From positions 31,403-95,402 of the IMG/VR virus record IMGVR_UViG_3300009788_000096: 64,000 bases of DNA. One strand, given 5' to 3'. Positions 27,943 to 36,998 of the stretch are shown piece by piece. The first letter of the stretch is position 1; every line of letters starts with the position of its first letter. Origin of the DNA: a virus. Made by a program: the position numbers and the translations under genes. The notes beneath the pieces are model-generated. The model did no database searches. It had not been told where the DNA came from and saw nothing but the letters and a program-made list of their open reading frames with translations.

Positions 27943-28268
27943 TATACTCTCCTTCGTAGATTCTTTGCTGTCGTTGATTTCCCATAGAAGATATTAACAA
28001 GTAAAGAATTTTCACCATATAATATCCTCGCCTCCTTGTAAAGCCTATATCCAAAGCATTCCTTATATTGAATAACCACATCGGTTCTAACGACCTCTCC
28101 CCATTTCCCAAAAAGATAAGTCAATGGCAAACGAAGTAAATCAATACGAGATTTGATTCTCCAAGGTTTCATCCAGATGTGAGGGTACATTGTTGAAGTG
28201 GTTGTTGCTTGGAATCTTATTAACGTAGTGGTTGTCGTGTTATTTCCAAATTGCGCCGGCTCAAGCAT
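27942..28268 (-). CDS. Hypothetical protein with short Thr runs
   Basis: GGAGG SD then ATG at 28268; NNTTTTTLIRFQATTTST. Confidence 0.5.
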   Translation of the reverse strand: MLEPAQFGNNTTTTTLIRFQATTTSTMYPHIWMKPWRIKSRIDLLRLPLTYLFGKWGEVVRTDVVIQYKECFGYRLYKEARILYGENSLLVNIFYGKSTTAKNLRRRV

Positions 28269-28283
28269 TTTTACCTCCAAGTT

Positions 28284-28359
28284 AAAATGGGGTGCCCCGA
28301 TTGATTTCTATTCACAAGCACATTCCCCAACATGCTTGACCCTTTGATCGGGCACCCCA
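28284..28359 (-). terminator. Long stem-loop followed by UUUU (terminator or processing site)
   Basis: Minus strand GGGGTGCCCGAT...ATCGGGGCACCCC, inner CAAGCA/TGCTTG stem, then TTTT. Confidence 0.5.
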
Positions 28360-28364
28360 AATTG

Positions 28365-28613
28365 TTAAGCTAAAAAACCAGTTTTGTGTGCTGGATCTAT
28401 TTGACTAATATATGTAATCCCAGCTTTACTTATGGTTGCTGGAAACTCAACGGACAACAAGCTCGGGTGCCTTATTCGAATTTTAACATTGTATGCTTCT
28501 TTGGCATCCCATGTCCAGCTTTCAAATTCTTTTGCTGTTCCAGCAAACATTTCCACTCCGTCAAAGCAAGAGTAAACTCCAATAACACATTGATCTGGTA
28601 GTAAAACTCGCAT
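28365..28613 (-). CDS. Hypothetical protein
   Basis: ORF with upstream AAGGGGG. Confidence 0.45.
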   Translation of the reverse strand: MRVLLPDQCVIGVYSCFDGVEMFAGTAKEFESWTWDAKEAYNVKIRIRHPSLLSVEFPATISKAGITYISQIDPAHKTGFLA

Positions 28614-28683
28614 AATATAATTTCCCCCTTATAAGTTATAAACGCCTTATAGACGCCGGCTGGCGCGTCACAGTGAGTCAATT

Positions 28684-29430
28684 TTACTTAAGTTTCAAAC
28701 CAAAATTAATATCCAGAGAACCGCTGACAACTATGTTTATTGTTTCGGCGTCACTGGGTTTTAATTCCAAATCATGAAGACATTCATAAAGGTGGCTTAT
28801 TTGTTTTCTGAATTCTTCAAGCTCGTCTTTTAATATTTTCTTAACGATTTTAGCCCAGTCAGGAACGCCTTGCGCTTCAGGGTCGGAAGGTTGTTGATAC
28901 GATGGAAGATCCCGTGAGTATTTTATTGCCTGATTCAGTTTGAGTTTGGTGCCTTCTTCGGTGCACCGATATTGATGCAGACTGCTGCCATCGGCAACGA
29001 CTTTCTGTGTTTCGATGAAAGCTCCAAACGCAGTCTTCACCATTTTGGCCATGCAGTTTTGGATTTGTTTTTTATCGTGGTGTCTCCTTAATTGGGGCAA
29101 TATATCATTCACGGTAAATACTTTCCCACCGATCAGATGGCAAATGATTGCCCCTTTTAATGAATCGGTATTGTCAATGTGTTTTTCCAAATATTCTCTG
29201 TTTATTTGCGCTTGATCCAGAATAGTCATTTTTCCTGCCCTCCTTTCAGGCGTGCTACTCGTATATTTCGGTTTTTTGTAAATCAATTTCTTTTTTTGTT
29301 TTTGTTTTTTGAATTCCTCTTCGGTTGCGGTTGCTGCTTCTTGTTCATATTCCTGCTTGAAGTAATCTTCGAGAGATTTCCCGTCAACCATTATCCCTTC
29401 CCAGTTTTTTTTATCCTCGGCCGGTGCCAT
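28684..29430 (-). CDS. Hypothetical protein (possible central wHTH)
   Basis: 248-aa ORF with SD GAGGT. Confidence 0.6.
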   Translation of the reverse strand: MAPAEDKKNWEGIMVDGKSLEDYFKQEYEQEAATATEEEFKKQKQKKKLIYKKPKYTSSTPERRAGKMTILDQAQINREYLEKHIDNTDSLKGAIICHLIGGKVFTVNDILPQLRRHHDKKQIQNCMAKMVKTAFGAFIETQKVVADGSSLHQYRCTEEGTKLKLNQAIKYSRDLPSYQQPSDPEAQGVPDWAKIVKKILKDELEEFRKQISHLYECLHDLELKPSDAETINIVVSGSLDINFGLKLK

Positions 29431-29797
29431 GACTACCTCTCATTGTTAAGATGTCCGTTTGGAGCAATCTTAATTCGTCGGCGAAAGACTGCCGTACTTT
29501 CAATCCGAATGTTGTCTGCCACCATTCCTCAGGATACTTGTCTGTTGTAACATTCTGCAACGAAGTATTCGCTTGAGTTATGATACTTAATATGTTGGTG
29601 ACAGTGAATTCAGTCTGAAACTCAACCGACGTTTTTATGAGTTTGACTAATTCGGAAAAATTAAAAGTAATCATTCTTCCAAAGTCTTCGTTCCACCAAT
29701 CAGCACCATGTTTATCATCTGTAATCGTTGGACGATTCACTTGGTCTATGCGCGTTAGAACAGTGCCTTTAGTAAAAGTTAAACCGCGTACCGCCAT
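29411..29797 (-). CDS. Hypothetical protein
   Basis: SD GGAGGTG; TAATG coupling. Confidence 0.55.
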   Translation of the reverse strand: MAVRGLTFTKGTVLTRIDQVNRPTITDDKHGADWWNEDFGRMITFNFSELVKLIKTSVEFQTEFTVTNILSIITQANTSLQNVTTDKYPEEWWQTTFGLKVRQSFADELRLLQTDILTMRGSHGTGRG

Positions 29798-30114
29798 TAG
29801 ACTTCACCTCCTTTCTTTTTAGAGATTGCTTCGCACAATGATAATGCAGTTTGAATAATATGCATCCACCTATTGTCGAAGTCATGTGCGTCCCAGTTTT
29901 CAGTATAAGTTAAACCGCGAAGGAAATTTCGGACATGCATTCCTTCACGAAAATGGACAGAATGAGGAATACCGTCTTCGGTCCAAATGGATTGAACTAA
30001 ACTACCATATTCGTCAACGCACATTTGGAAGAAAGCAATTCCGTCGTAGCCAAGCCAAACTAATATTCTGGCAAACATATCTTTTTCAATCTCGCTGATT
30101 TCATTCGGTTTCAT
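29797..30114 (-). CDS. Hypothetical phage protein
   Basis: Start MKPNE by ATGA overlap; PHSVHFREGMHVRNFLR. Confidence 0.6.
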   Translation of the reverse strand: MKPNEISEIEKDMFARILVWLGYDGIAFFQMCVDEYGSLVQSIWTEDGIPHSVHFREGMHVRNFLRGLTYTENWDAHDFDNRWMHIIQTALSLCEAISKKKGGEV

Positions 30115-30749
30115 ATCTTCCTCCTTTTGATAATTCGCTTTTTCTTTCTTCTCTTGATAAATCGTTGACCACCAAAGGTCCGCTGCGGGTGACACCACTT
30201 TAGAAAGTCATCAAGACGAAGAATAACGATGTTATAGTTATTTACAAAAACATGAAACCGCGACTTACCACCAAGCGGTCCGTTTTGTCTTTCTATAAAT
30301 TTGAAAGTATAATCATCCATTACGATGCATTTATCTTTACGATCACGTTTGAAGATAAGGAAAGAATATCTTCGTGCATGCTCGGCTTTTTCTTTTGAAA
30401 GTTTCCTCCACCACTTTAATAATAAGGCATCATGTTTCGCAGTCAAAGGATTATCGAGGATAGACAATGGATCGACAGAAGAACTTGGCGCCCTCTTCTT
30501 TTTCTTTCCACCTCCGCCATATCCTCTTTTAAATTCCCAAATTGCGAGTGTAGTATATGGTTTACTATATATTGCAGTTGACATCATGTCGCCGGCTGCA
30601 TCCATAGTTTCCCTCATTTGTTTCATGCGAGTCGTAGCGCGAGCACCAGATCCGGGAGTCCGCCAGAAGACATCGTCTCGCATTTGACTTGTAACCCACA
30701 GCGATAACTCTTTGCACATTTCCCTTTCGAACCCGCTTCCTTTAGCCAT
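30111..30749 (-). CDS. Holliday junction resolvase (Hjc-like PD-(D/E)xK)
   Basis: KGSGFERE...FWRTPGSGA...GD...EFKRGY. Confidence 0.75.
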   Translation of the reverse strand: MAKGSGFEREMCKELSLWVTSQMRDDVFWRTPGSGARATTRMKQMRETMDAAGDMMSTAIYSKPYTTLAIWEFKRGYGGGGKKKKRAPSSSVDPLSILDNPLTAKHDALLLKWWRKLSKEKAEHARRYSFLIFKRDRKDKCIVMDDYTFKFIERQNGPLGGKSRFHVFVNNYNIVILRLDDFLKWCHPQRTFGGQRFIKRRKKKRIIKRRKI

Positions 30750-30967
30750 TAGTTTACCCTTATTAACTTTATGTTCATGATAGTCGGCTTGCCAAAAATT
30801 TCAGATGGAATGCTTAAGTTTTCTTCATCTTCGAAAAAATTAAATCTTAGATGTTTATGCTCTTCACAGACATGAATACCTATACGCATGTTTAGATTAT
30901 TGTTTGAACACCAAACAGTTTCCACCCATAGTTCATTGCAATTTTCTACAGCACAATCCATAGCCAT
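30749..30967 (-). CDS. Small Cys/His protein (paralog of 31583..31798)
   Basis: CxxExC ... CEEHK...FxFF. Confidence 0.55.
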   Translation of the reverse strand: MAMDCAVENCNELWVETVWCSNNNLNMRIGIHVCEEHKHLRFNFFEDEENLSIPSEIFGKPTIMNIKLIRVN

Positions 30968-30972
30968 TTTAT

Positions 30973-31254
30973 TTATCCTCCTCGGCCAACCATATCGGCT
31001 AATGATGTTTCACATATTTCCATCGCAGTTTTGCTTACTTCAGCTTTACTTTTGGAAGTAACGTAAACAGCTTTCGTAAACATTTCCTCACTGCAAGAGG
31101 TGCAGTACTTATGGCTTATCCCCCAGCCGGGAGCCAAGGTTCTACAAGTTGTTAAACACCAAGGGCATTTGACGCTGATGATAAGGCGTTCTTGGATTCT
31201 CTTGGGAAGCATTTTGTATATTATATTATACATTATTATTTTTAGTTTAGCCAT
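30973..31254 (-). CDS. Small Zn-ribbon protein
   Basis: CPWC ... CTSC. Confidence 0.5.
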   Translation of the reverse strand: MAKLKIIMYNIIYKMLPKRIQERLIISVKCPWCLTTCRTLAPGWGISHKYCTSCSEEMFTKAVYVTSKSKAEVSKTAMEICETSLADMVGRGG

Positions 31255-31364
31255 TTTACTTTTCCTTTTTCCTCACTTTTTTCATTGCTTCAAATAAAGT
31301 AGTCTTGCCATACATCCGTGCATATAGCATCATGAACTTTTTGTCTTTTTTCTTCAGCAGACTT

Positions 31365-31583
31365 TCAACTAACTTTATTTGAGTTTCCATTATCTTCGTC
31401 GTCATTTTCAATCTTATGTTCCTTTTCAATATCGTCAACTAAATTTGCAATCAATCCCATGATATGTTTGCACTCTCCTGTTTGGCGCGGATAGTTTAGC
31501 TCTCTTGGATAAGCGATATCGTAAAGTATTAACGACAGTGCCCGCAAGACAAGAAGTGCAAATCTGATTCTAAACTTTTTCAT
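31365..31583 (-). CDS. Hypothetical protein
   Basis: TAATG coupling with upstream ORF. Confidence 0.45.
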   Translation of the reverse strand: MKKFRIRFALLVLRALSLILYDIAYPRELNYPRQTGECKHIMGLIANLVDDIEKEHKIENDDEDNGNSNKVS

Positions 31584-31798
31584 TAGTATATCCTTATTGC
31601 TTTAAGAATTATTTTTACTGGACCGGTTACATCCGGCGCCGATATTTGATCTTCAAGTTCCTTAAAAAAAGTAAACTCGTAATTCTTATGCTCTTCGCAA
31701 AGTGCAAAGCTTACATGGATTGTATTCTTTTTATTTGTCTCAACCCTAAGAAGTGTTGACAAATTTGGGCAATGTTCTATAACGCAAGTGCCACACAT
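31583..31798 (-). CDS. Small Cys/His protein (paralog of 30749..30967)
   Basis: CxxExC ... CEEHK...FxFF. Confidence 0.55.
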   Translation of the reverse strand: MCGTCVIEHCPNLSTLLRVETNKKNTIHVSFALCEEHKNYEFTFFKELEDQISAPDVTGPVKIILKAIRIY

Positions 31799-32154
31799 GA
31801 CTACATCCTTTTTAACTTGTTTTTAGGAACCTTCCCTTCTATTTTACGCCAGTTGTTATCACTATCTTTGAAATATAAGGTTACGAATATTTGATGTTTC
31901 GTTTCCCTCCTTATCTTGACTCTTGTCGCTCCGTCCTTGTTCAACATGAAAAAGGGTTTTTCTGACATATCCTCTTGGATTTTTTTTGACATCTTTTTGC
32001 CTCCGGGTTCTTCCATTATGTCTATAGATTCTGAAGTATCTGCAACATTTCGAATTGCAATAACCAAGTGTGAATCCGGACTCCGCCAGCATTGATTCCG
32101 TCGACCAGTCAAGAGTATAGTCATCGCCGCAATTTGGACAGTGTTCTGGGAATA

Positions 32155-32433
32155 TCATGGTGGTGTCCTCTGTCCTCCGAGAATTGAGTTTTGGGTATTC
32201 ATCGTTTCAATAATAAGTTGCAGGCAGCCGAGTAGCATTGGAAGCGTCTTGTGGCCAAGTAGTAAAAGGCCAACGAAGATTTCACCGCCGCAATGAATAC
32301 ATTTATCGCCCATGATCTTCGTGATGTCCTCTTTAAACGGATCAAGATCGATAAGCATTTCCTGTTTGCAATGCATACAAACAATGCGAGGCCTGAGTTC
32401 TTCCTTTTGAATTTTAATTAATTCACCAGTCAT
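32155..32433 (-). CDS. Small Zn-ribbon protein
   Basis: CMHC ... CIHC; SD AAGGAG. Confidence 0.55.
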   Translation of the reverse strand: MTGELIKIQKEELRPRIVCMHCKQEMLIDLDPFKEDITKIMGDKCIHCGGEIFVGLLLLGHKTLPMLLGCLQLIIETMNTQNSILGGQRTPP

Positions 32434-32436
32434 TGT

Positions 32437-32754
32437 TTATTCTCCTTTATCTTCTTTTGCTTCTTCTTTTAGTCGGCGTTCCTTCCTATCGAACATATCA
32501 TGAGGAAGCGAATACCAACCGTCGCGTTTGTTGACTGCCAGTTCAAATGCTTCTAAACATCCCATCAAAAATTCTGCCAGAAGATAATCCGGGGTATCCG
32601 AATCACCTTCTCTGAGATGACTGTGGATTAAGGCTTTCAGTCCTTCTTTTAATCCTTTCTTTTTATGATCGGTGATTCGGTCTTTCAGTCCTTTCATTTT
32701 TTTCTTTCCCTTGTCAATGTCTTCGCTTGGGCCTTGCCCTGCTACAAATACCAT
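32437..32754 (-). CDS. Hypothetical phage protein
   Basis: SDTPDYLLAEFL..CL.AF...V.KRD.WY motif; SD AAGGAG. Confidence 0.6.
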   Translation of the reverse strand: MVFVAGQGPSEDIDKGKKKMKGLKDRITDHKKKGLKEGLKALIHSHLREGDSDTPDYLLAEFLMGCLEAFELAVNKRDGWYSLPHDMFDRKERRLKEEAKEDKGE

Positions 32755-32774
32755 GATAATCTCCTTTCAAAGTT

Positions 32775-32849
32775 TGGTAGGGGCGAAAGGGATTGAACCT
32801 TAAGTCACTCCCTTATAAAGAGAGCGCTCTACCATTGAGCTACACCCCC
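32775..32849 (-). tRNA. tRNA-Ile (anticodon UAU), CCA encoded
   Basis: GGGGGTG-TA-GCTC AATGGTA GAGC-G-CTCTC TTTATAA GGGAG-...-TAAGG TTCAATC CCTTT-CGCCCCT-A-CCA folds into a cloverleaf; anticodon loop TT-TAT-AA. Confidence 0.9.
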
Positions 32850-32853
32850 ACGG

Positions 32854-33111
32854 TTATTTGTCGTTATAGAAATCGTAAGTTCCGTCCGCGACTTCTTTTA
32901 TTAAAGGGTTGTCCGGGCACAGTTTAAATTCATCAGAAGTATAAGTACGAGCGAAAGTATTCGCTTTCATGCCGCACCATTCGCAAGTTTGCATTTGCTG
33001 ATTATCCGGAATTCCCCAACAATGACTTTCAATAACCCAACCGCCGAGTTGAGCTATAAGTACTTTATCCCTATCCTTTTTTTTCTTCAACGTTTCTTTA
33101 TTAATCAGCAT
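32854..33111 (-). CDS. Hypothetical Cys-containing protein
   Basis: SD AGGAGG; HCW...CEWCG...CPDNP. Confidence 0.55.
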   Translation of the reverse strand: MLINKETLKKKKDRDKVLIAQLGGWVIESHCWGIPDNQQMQTCEWCGMKANTFARTYTSDEFKLCPDNPLIKEVADGTYDFYNDK

Positions 33112-33736
33112 TTCGCCTCCTTTTGATTTTTCGTCCTTTGACTAACTTCACAATTGACTGTTTTCCATTATGTCTAACTCGCCAGACTTTATCGCAGAAT
33201 TCAATTAGTTTATCCAAATGACTAATGATAATGACTTGGAACTTGAGCTCTCGACTCAACGTTTGGAGCATCGTCCCTGCCATTTCGATAAGATCGCCTG
33301 TACGAAGGAACGGCTCATCGAGGATAAATAGGTTCCGAGTACGCGGAGAAGATATAGTCCAAAGAACCACGCGAAAAGCAAAACTAATGACATCAATAAT
33401 ACTACGCCCCATTTCATCCTTCGGAACAAACTCACTATCGCCTTCCTTTATAACAGGTACGAATTTAGTTTTATTTTTCTCAGGACTTTGCAATTCAAAA
33501 GTAAAATTCCGCTCCGTGAAAACAGAACGGATAGCCATGGACAGAAGCGACTCGACCCTTGTTTTGACTTTGATCTGGACTATCTTTGCAACAGTGGTTA
33601 TAACATCCAATGCCTCTGAATAATCCAATAACTCAATAGTCAATTTTTTTGTCTTCTTCTTCTTTTTCCTTTTGTCTAAAAGGAGAGTCGCTTTTTTAGC
33701 GATCAGAAGATTATAGTCTTGCCTAAGAGAGTGCAT
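33101..33736 (-). CDS. sbcC: SbcC/Rad50-like ATPase, C-terminal half
   Basis: Coiled coil, then variant signature (DEMGRSIIDVISFAFR), Walker B LFILDEPF and IIISH; probable start MHSLRQ. Confidence 0.75.
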   Translation of the reverse strand: MHSLRQDYNLLIAKKATLLLDKRKKKKKTKKLTIELLDYSEALDVITTVAKIVQIKVKTRVESLLSMAIRSVFTERNFTFELQSPEKNKTKFVPVIKEGDSEFVPKDEMGRSIIDVISFAFRVVLWTISSPRTRNLFILDEPFLRTGDLIEMAGTMLQTLSRELKFQVIIISHLDKLIEFCDKVWRVRHNGKQSIVKLVKGRKIKRRRNAD

Positions 33737-33968
33737 TTTTAATATCCCTAATAAGTTCCTTTGCTTCAAATTCCATTTTCTTTTTCTTCTTCTTTTTCTT
33801 GGAAACTTTCCCATCTATATCTTCAAGAAACTCTTCCACTTCTTCCGGATCAATACCATAGTTATCTTTTAGATCCTTAAGGAATTTGTCAAGTTCTCTT
33901 TTGTAGATTTTAAGATTCGTAATTAAGGAATCAATATCTTTTTTTAAGTCCTCAAGATTCGTCTTCAA
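33723..33968 (-). CDS. Small coiled-coil protein within the SbcCD locus
   Basis: Helical, overlapping both neighbours. Confidence 0.55.
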   Translation of the reverse strand: MKTNLEDLKKDIDSLITNLKIYKRELDKFLKDLKDNYGIDPEEVEEFLEDIDGKVSKKKKKKKKMEFEAKELIRDIKNALS

Positions 33969-34869
33969 TGATCACCTCCGATAAAATATTCTTCACCCTT
34001 TTATTTGACTTCCTTCGATTTAACTCTTTTTCAATTTCATCGTATAAGTCAATGTGCGTAGAATCATCATCCTTAAGGGCAATAGTGAAGTCTTCCAAAC
34101 CTGTATCAATAATTAAGTTATCTTGTAAATGCAATCTATCAATTACTTTCTCCGCTGGCTTGTGTCTTAGAATTTTTCTTTTTATTTCGTTTGTTTTTAA
34201 ATTGTATAAATAACAACAAGGTCTATGAGTCAAGTTATATTCATCGGCTTTTAACCGCATCATTGGACCGGTATTGATTATATGAGATTCGCCTCTTTTA
34301 TAATAGAAATGTTTATGAACATCGCCGGCCAGAACGAGATTCCATCCCTTATACTTTCGCAGGAAATACTTCGCCCCAATATACTTGTGATCTGGAAATA
34401 AAGCCTTATCGCTTATACTCTTGTGGATAACAAGAATGTTTTGTTTTCCTTCTGGTTTCGGTATTTCTTCGCCATGGGCGCAACCATATATATAGAGAGG
34501 ACCATCGCCATCCTCATGAATGGACGGCTGTTCATTACCAAGTATTTCAACAAGCCCAGCTTTATATAAGACTCCAAAAGAAGTTGGAGTTTTAGTTACA
34601 TCCGTTCGCATATACTTATCATGTTGTCCGGGCACAGTATAAATTTTTACATCAGGAAATTTTTTAAGTAAAGTCATTAAATTAAATAATAAATGCCAGT
34701 CCCGTGCGGATTCCAAGAAGTCCCCAGCTTGAAGTATATCCGCATTGTGTTTGTCTGCGTACTTTAATACTTCCTTAAACTTTCTAAGGAACGTCCGTAG
34801 AACGTTATCCCTCCTACCGATAGGGCTACGACTGGTTCCGTGGACGTCGCTTAATAGTACGAAGTTCAT
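33952..34869 (-). CDS. sbcD: SbcD/Mre11-like metallophosphoesterase nuclease
   Basis: SDVH, AGDF, PGQHD, GDVH and NTGPMMR motifs. Confidence 0.85.
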   Translation of the reverse strand: MNFVLLSDVHGTSRSPIGRRDNVLRTFLRKFKEVLKYADKHNADILQAGDFLESARDWHLLFNLMTLLKKFPDVKIYTVPGQHDKYMRTDVTKTPTSFGVLYKAGLVEILGNEQPSIHEDGDGPLYIYGCAHGEEIPKPEGKQNILVIHKSISDKALFPDHKYIGAKYFLRKYKGWNLVLAGDVHKHFYYKRGESHIINTGPMMRLKADEYNLTHRPCCYLYNLKTNEIKRKILRHKPAEKVIDRLHLQDNLIIDTGLEDFTIALKDDDSTHIDLYDEIEKELNRRKSNKRVKNILSEVIIEDES

Positions 34870-35800
34870 TAGTTATCCTTTTTACATCTTTCATTGTTAT
34901 CGGGTGGAAACACGTTGGACATTTCTTTTTCTTTTTCAACGCTGACCCGTATTTTTTGATAGTCCTTGCTAACTCTTTCTTCGCAAGAGCTATTTGATTT
35001 CTATGAAGGTGAATACTCATTAGTAATTCTTTTTGATCTTTTAACGACTGTATTTCGCTGTTACACTTTTCGATCCATTTGATATACTTCAATGCTTTCT
35101 TCGCATCTTTAGCCCACACAAGGGTCTGTTGCGTATCTTCTATCTTTGCTGCCAAGTCTTGGACCTTGAAGTATTGATTTGAAAGACTATCGATCGAGTT
35201 ATCAAGCTTTTCGATTTTAGATATTTTTTCATCAATATCTTCAAGGGTTTTAAACTTTCCAAGTTCATCATTGATATCTCTAACATCTTCATTTAAAACT
35301 TGAATCCATTTTTTTAAACCGAGGACTTTACTTCTTATTTTCTTTTTCCACTTGTCAATATTTTGCATCCTCGTGGCACGGTTAATAGCCTTCGATATTT
35401 CTGCTGAAGATGAAGTAATTAAAAAAGGTTGAGAATATTCGTCGTGAATATTTAACGAGCCCATATTAATGGCACTAACTACTTCATCAGGAACGTCGCG
35501 ATTTAAGGTACTGAAAGGCTTACCGTTTAACTTGTACATCGCACTTTTAGAACTTTGACCTCTTTCAAAATAAATATCCGCATCATCGAAAAGTGCGTGG
35601 ACAGAAGTTTTATCACCCTCCGCAAAGTCGCTGTGATAGCGGAATCCCAGCGGTCTATAATTCTTCAACAGGAAAATAGCCCGAAGTAAATTTGTCTTCC
35701 CACTCTGGCCAGTTCCAATAATGCCATTGAGGCCGGGACTAAATTCGAGTTCCGTATCTTCGTGAGAACGGAAGAATTTAACTTTGAGTTTTTTTAGCAT
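34826..35800 (-). CDS. sbcC: SbcC/Rad50-like ATPase, N-terminal half ending at the Zn hook
   Basis: FFRSH...GLNGIIGTGQSGKTNLLRAI Walker A; coiled coil; CPTC near C-terminus. Confidence 0.85.
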   Translation of the reverse strand: MLKKLKVKFFRSHEDTELEFSPGLNGIIGTGQSGKTNLLRAIFLLKNYRPLGFRYHSDFAEGDKTSVHALFDDADIYFERGQSSKSAMYKLNGKPFSTLNRDVPDEVVSAINMGSLNIHDEYSQPFLITSSSAEISKAINRATRMQNIDKWKKKIRSKVLGLKKWIQVLNEDVRDINDELGKFKTLEDIDEKISKIEKLDNSIDSLSNQYFKVQDLAAKIEDTQQTLVWAKDAKKALKYIKWIEKCNSEIQSLKDQKELLMSIHLHRNQIALAKKELARTIKKYGSALKKKKKCPTCFHPITMKDVKRITNELRTIKRRPRNQS

Positions 35801-36008
35801 GATCTTTTTGTGCTTTCCTCATCCTTTTAATACTTTGAATTTCGGCTCTGATTTCCTTTGCTATTTTGCGAACCTCTTGCATAAAGGATCTTGTGCGTTT
35901 CCCGGCTTGTATGTTTCCCTTGTCGAATTTGATGGTATCAGTTTTAGCTCCCAAAACAACTTCCATCAAATCGGCAAGCATGCCCTCAATTTTCTTTGGT
36001 CTTCCCAT
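35778..36008 (-). CDS. Histone H1-like (Hc1-family) small protein
   Basis: KFDKGNIQAGKRTRSFMQEVRKIAKEIR matches the KGNxxAGxRxR Hc1-type motif. Confidence 0.7.
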   Translation of the reverse strand: MGRPKKIEGMLADLMEVVLGAKTDTIKFDKGNIQAGKRTRSFMQEVRKIAKEIRAEIQSIKRMRKAQKDHAKKTQS

Positions 36009-36017
36009 GCTATCTCC

Positions 36018-36998
36018 TTATAGATTAAAAGCCTTTATCCATCGTCTTATATATTTTTTACCCAGAAATGATCTGAAATTATTTTCGCGGAATAGGCGGA
36101 CAAAACGAAACTTGCTAAAGGTATTTCTTCTAAGTAACATGCGTGGAATCTTTTGTCCGGGGAATGGTAATTTGATTAACTTATAATTTCGCTCGATTGT
36201 GGTCTGGCCTTTCGCTGAAACTATACGGTCATAAACTTTGCCTTTTGTTAATTGGCCTATATGATATTTTAAAGCGTTTGACTTAGGGTTTTTAGGATCA
36301 GAAACACCTTCAACTCCGGGAACCTCGTCAGAACTGCATCCGCCGATTGCTTTCACCTTTGCCCATTCGTTTGGGTTGATACCATATTTATCTCTGAACA
36401 TTTCTTTGGTGAAGTATTTCTTGTCCTTATAATTCCATATCTTGCAATAATTCAGAAGCTGAAACATATCATTATCATTGCTGATAAGAATTACTTCATT
36501 TCCTTCCCGATGTAAACGCTTTGTCCAATAGGCAATTAAATCATCTGCTTCCCACAATTTAAAAACCCATGTGTTATGAAATCCAAGGTAAGGAAGAGTA
36601 TTATAATTTAGATTTATCCGCTGGATCAGCATGGCATCGCGGTCAATTTTTTCTTCAAAAGTCAATTCATTATAAAAGGCTCCGCGTTTTTTCTTATAGT
36701 CGGGAAACATATTGTGCCTGTGAGTCAAACCGGCATCCCAACAGAAAAACATTCTTGTAGTATTAAACTTTTCTGCGTAGCCCAAGACATAACGGAGAAA
36801 GCCATAGGTTACCCCTGTAGGATAACCGTTATAGGAAAGCGCACCGACAGTATGAAAGGCAGCGTATGACAGAGCCGGACCGTCGATGACTAATACTTTA
36901 GAATCTTGCTTTCCTCTTAGTGACTTCATCCTCAAAGAGTTTTTCAATTTTGTTCCACTTCTTTTCCGTCTTTTCAGCAAGCGCTTCTTCACGATCAT
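36018..36998 (-). CDS. 5'-3' exonuclease / flap endonuclease (T4 RNase H-like)
   Basis: LVIDG, CWD, R...FPDYKKKR, WEADDLI, ISNDNDMFQL, GCSSDEVPGV. Start uncertain (may be downstream of 36998). Confidence 0.9.
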   Translation of the reverse strand: MIVKKRLLKRRKRSGTKLKNSLRMKSLRGKQDSKVLVIDGPALSYAAFHTVGALSYNGYPTGVTYGFLRYVLGYAEKFNTTRMFFCWDAGLTHRHNMFPDYKKKRGAFYNELTFEEKIDRDAMLIQRINLNYNTLPYLGFHNTWVFKLWEADDLIAYWTKRLHREGNEVILISNDNDMFQLLNYCKIWNYKDKKYFTKEMFRDKYGINPNEWAKVKAIGGCSSDEVPGVEGVSDPKNPKSNALKYHIGQLTKGKVYDRIVSAKGQTTIERNYKLIKLPFPGQKIPRMLLRRNTFSKFRFVRLFRENNFRSFLGKKYIRRWIKAFNL

